Assembly (NCBI GenBank): GCA_003670865.1
Contig: QWQJ01000070.1
Coordinates: forward strand, 1 to 45,483
Length of the DNA stretch: 45,483 bases
Direction: 5' to 3'
Source of the DNA: Planctomycetota bacterium
GTDB lineage: Bacteria; Planctomycetota; Planctomycetia; Pirellulales; UBA1268
Part shown: positions 45,017 through 45,483 of the stretch, in pieces
Numbering within the stretch: position 1 is the stretch's first letter
How the letters are laid out: each line of letters begins with the position of its first letter
Made by a program: the position numbers and the translations under genes
Notes under the pieces: model-generated
What the model was told of the DNA's origin: nothing
What the model saw: only the letters and a program-made list of their open reading frames with translations
Database searches by the model: none

Positions 45017-45483
45017 ATGGATTTTTTTAAACGGTTGGCTCGCCTGACTCGTTTCCAGGCCATCCTGCTGCTATTCCTCCTGCCCACGTGGACGCCGGGG
45101 CTGCCTGTATGGACGGCATCGCTTTTTGCCGCCGAGCGGGACGCAGCTCCCTTGTCGCCAGAAAAAATCCAACGGTCGATTGAGAAGGCCCGCGACTGGC
45201 TGATCCGAGAACAGGAGGCGAACGGTTCCTGGGAGTGTGCCATGCGCACAGACGACACGCGCGTTGGGGCAACCTCACTGGTGCTTTTGGCGCTTGCCAA
45301 TGCGGGACTCGAACCCAACCATGTAGCAATGCAGCGAGGACTCGAATGGCTGCGCGAGCAAAAACCGGAAGAAACCTACTCCGTTTCCTTGCAAACTCTC
45401 GTGTTGGCGATGCTCGCCCCCGATGCCGATCGGGCAATCCTCAATCGGAATGTTGAGTGGCTGGAAAAAAGTCAGGTCGCACA
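45017..45483 (+). CDS. 5' part of a secreted prenyltransferase/squalene-oxidase-repeat-like protein (runs off the window)
   Basis: This ORF is absent from the ORF track because it has no stop in the window. My own translation from the ATG at 45017 is MDFFKRLARLTRFQAILLLFLLPTWTPGLPVWTASLFAAERD...IEKARDWLIREQEANGSWEC...GATSLVLLALANAGLEPNHVAMQRGLEWLREQKPEETYSVSLQTLVLAML...NVEWLEKSQVA. It shows a signal peptide plus alpha/alpha-toroid-type repeats. Confidence 0.6.
   Translation, partial: MDFFKRLARLTRFQAILLLFLLPTWTPGLPVWTASLFAAERDAAPLSPEKIQRSIEKARDWLIREQEANGSWECAMRTDDTRVGATSLVLLALANAGLEPNHVAMQRGLEWLREQKPEETYSVSLQTLVLAMLAPDADRAILNRNVEWLEKSQVA

Noticed and set aside
45302-45320. tRNA T-arm-like string (the reverse complement reads GGTTGGGTTCGAGTCCCGC)
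   Set aside because: Extending it on the minus strand gives no complementary acceptor stem (5' GCTCGCG versus 3' ATTGGCA) and only a 3-4 bp T-stem. It also lies inside a good coding frame (ANAGLEPNH). It is not a tRNA.
1-45483. Search for CRISPR arrays, IS elements/transposases, integrases, prophage genes, toxin-antitoxin pairs and rRNA/tRNA genes
   Set aside because: I saw no regularly spaced 25-40-nt repeats, no terminal inverted repeats flanking a transposase-like ORF, no recombinase motifs, and no rRNA/tRNA-like conserved strings other than the rejected T-arm mimic. The PIN domain present here is the membrane-anchored PIN/TRAM housekeeping type, not a VapC toxin with an antitoxin partner.

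Overview
This is a gene-dense, GC-rich 45.5-kb chromosomal segment with about 38 protein-coding genes on both strands. I recognise no rRNA, tRNA, CRISPR array, transposase, integrase or phage-like gene. The gene content suggests a Planctomycetota (Pirellulales-like) genome, which is inference: a cytochrome-c/DUF1592 + DUF1552 pair, DUF1080, Fhc/Fwd-type methanofuran/H4MPT C1 genes, an enlarged MoxR-DUF58-BatA-like operon, a prenyltransferase-repeat secreted protein and many long antisense shadow ORFs. Gene order (| marks a strand switch): MBL hydrolase, scpA | HIT, dGTPase-like, PIN/TRAM, DUF1592, DUF1552, DUF1080, fused fhcB-fhcA | GT4 glycosyltransferase, hpt | esterase | giant membrane-anchored protein, kdsC, kdsD, fba | ybaN-like | MFS, Cys-rich lipoprotein, KAS II, hotdog, ACP-like, hotdog | fhcC, rpsL, rpsG | sppA | lexA | sigma54 response regulator, histidine kinase | FkbM-like, DUF3419 | vWA protein, BatA_N protein, DUF58, moxR | 3'-open prenyltransferase-repeat protein. 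The supplied ORF track writes M for TTG/GTG starts, and many ORFs carry spurious in-frame upstream extensions. I trimmed starts where an internal ATG/GTG matches the expected family N-terminus. The best candidates for something undescribed are: (1) a 1065-aa N-terminally anchored beta-repeat protein sitting where lptC/lptA follow kdsD-kdsC in other Gram-negatives; (2) an orphan hotdog-ACP-hotdog-KAS cassette with an atypical 128-aa carrier protein, followed by a Cys-repeat lipoprotein and an MFS exporter; (3) a fused FhcB-FhcA polypeptide, with fhcC 15 kb away; (4) an FkbM-like/DUF3419 (BtaA-like) pair beside an orphan sigma54 two-component system; (5) the enlarged MoxR-DUF58-BatA_N-vWA operon. 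All functional proposals come from motifs read by eye and from synteny, and none was checked against a database.
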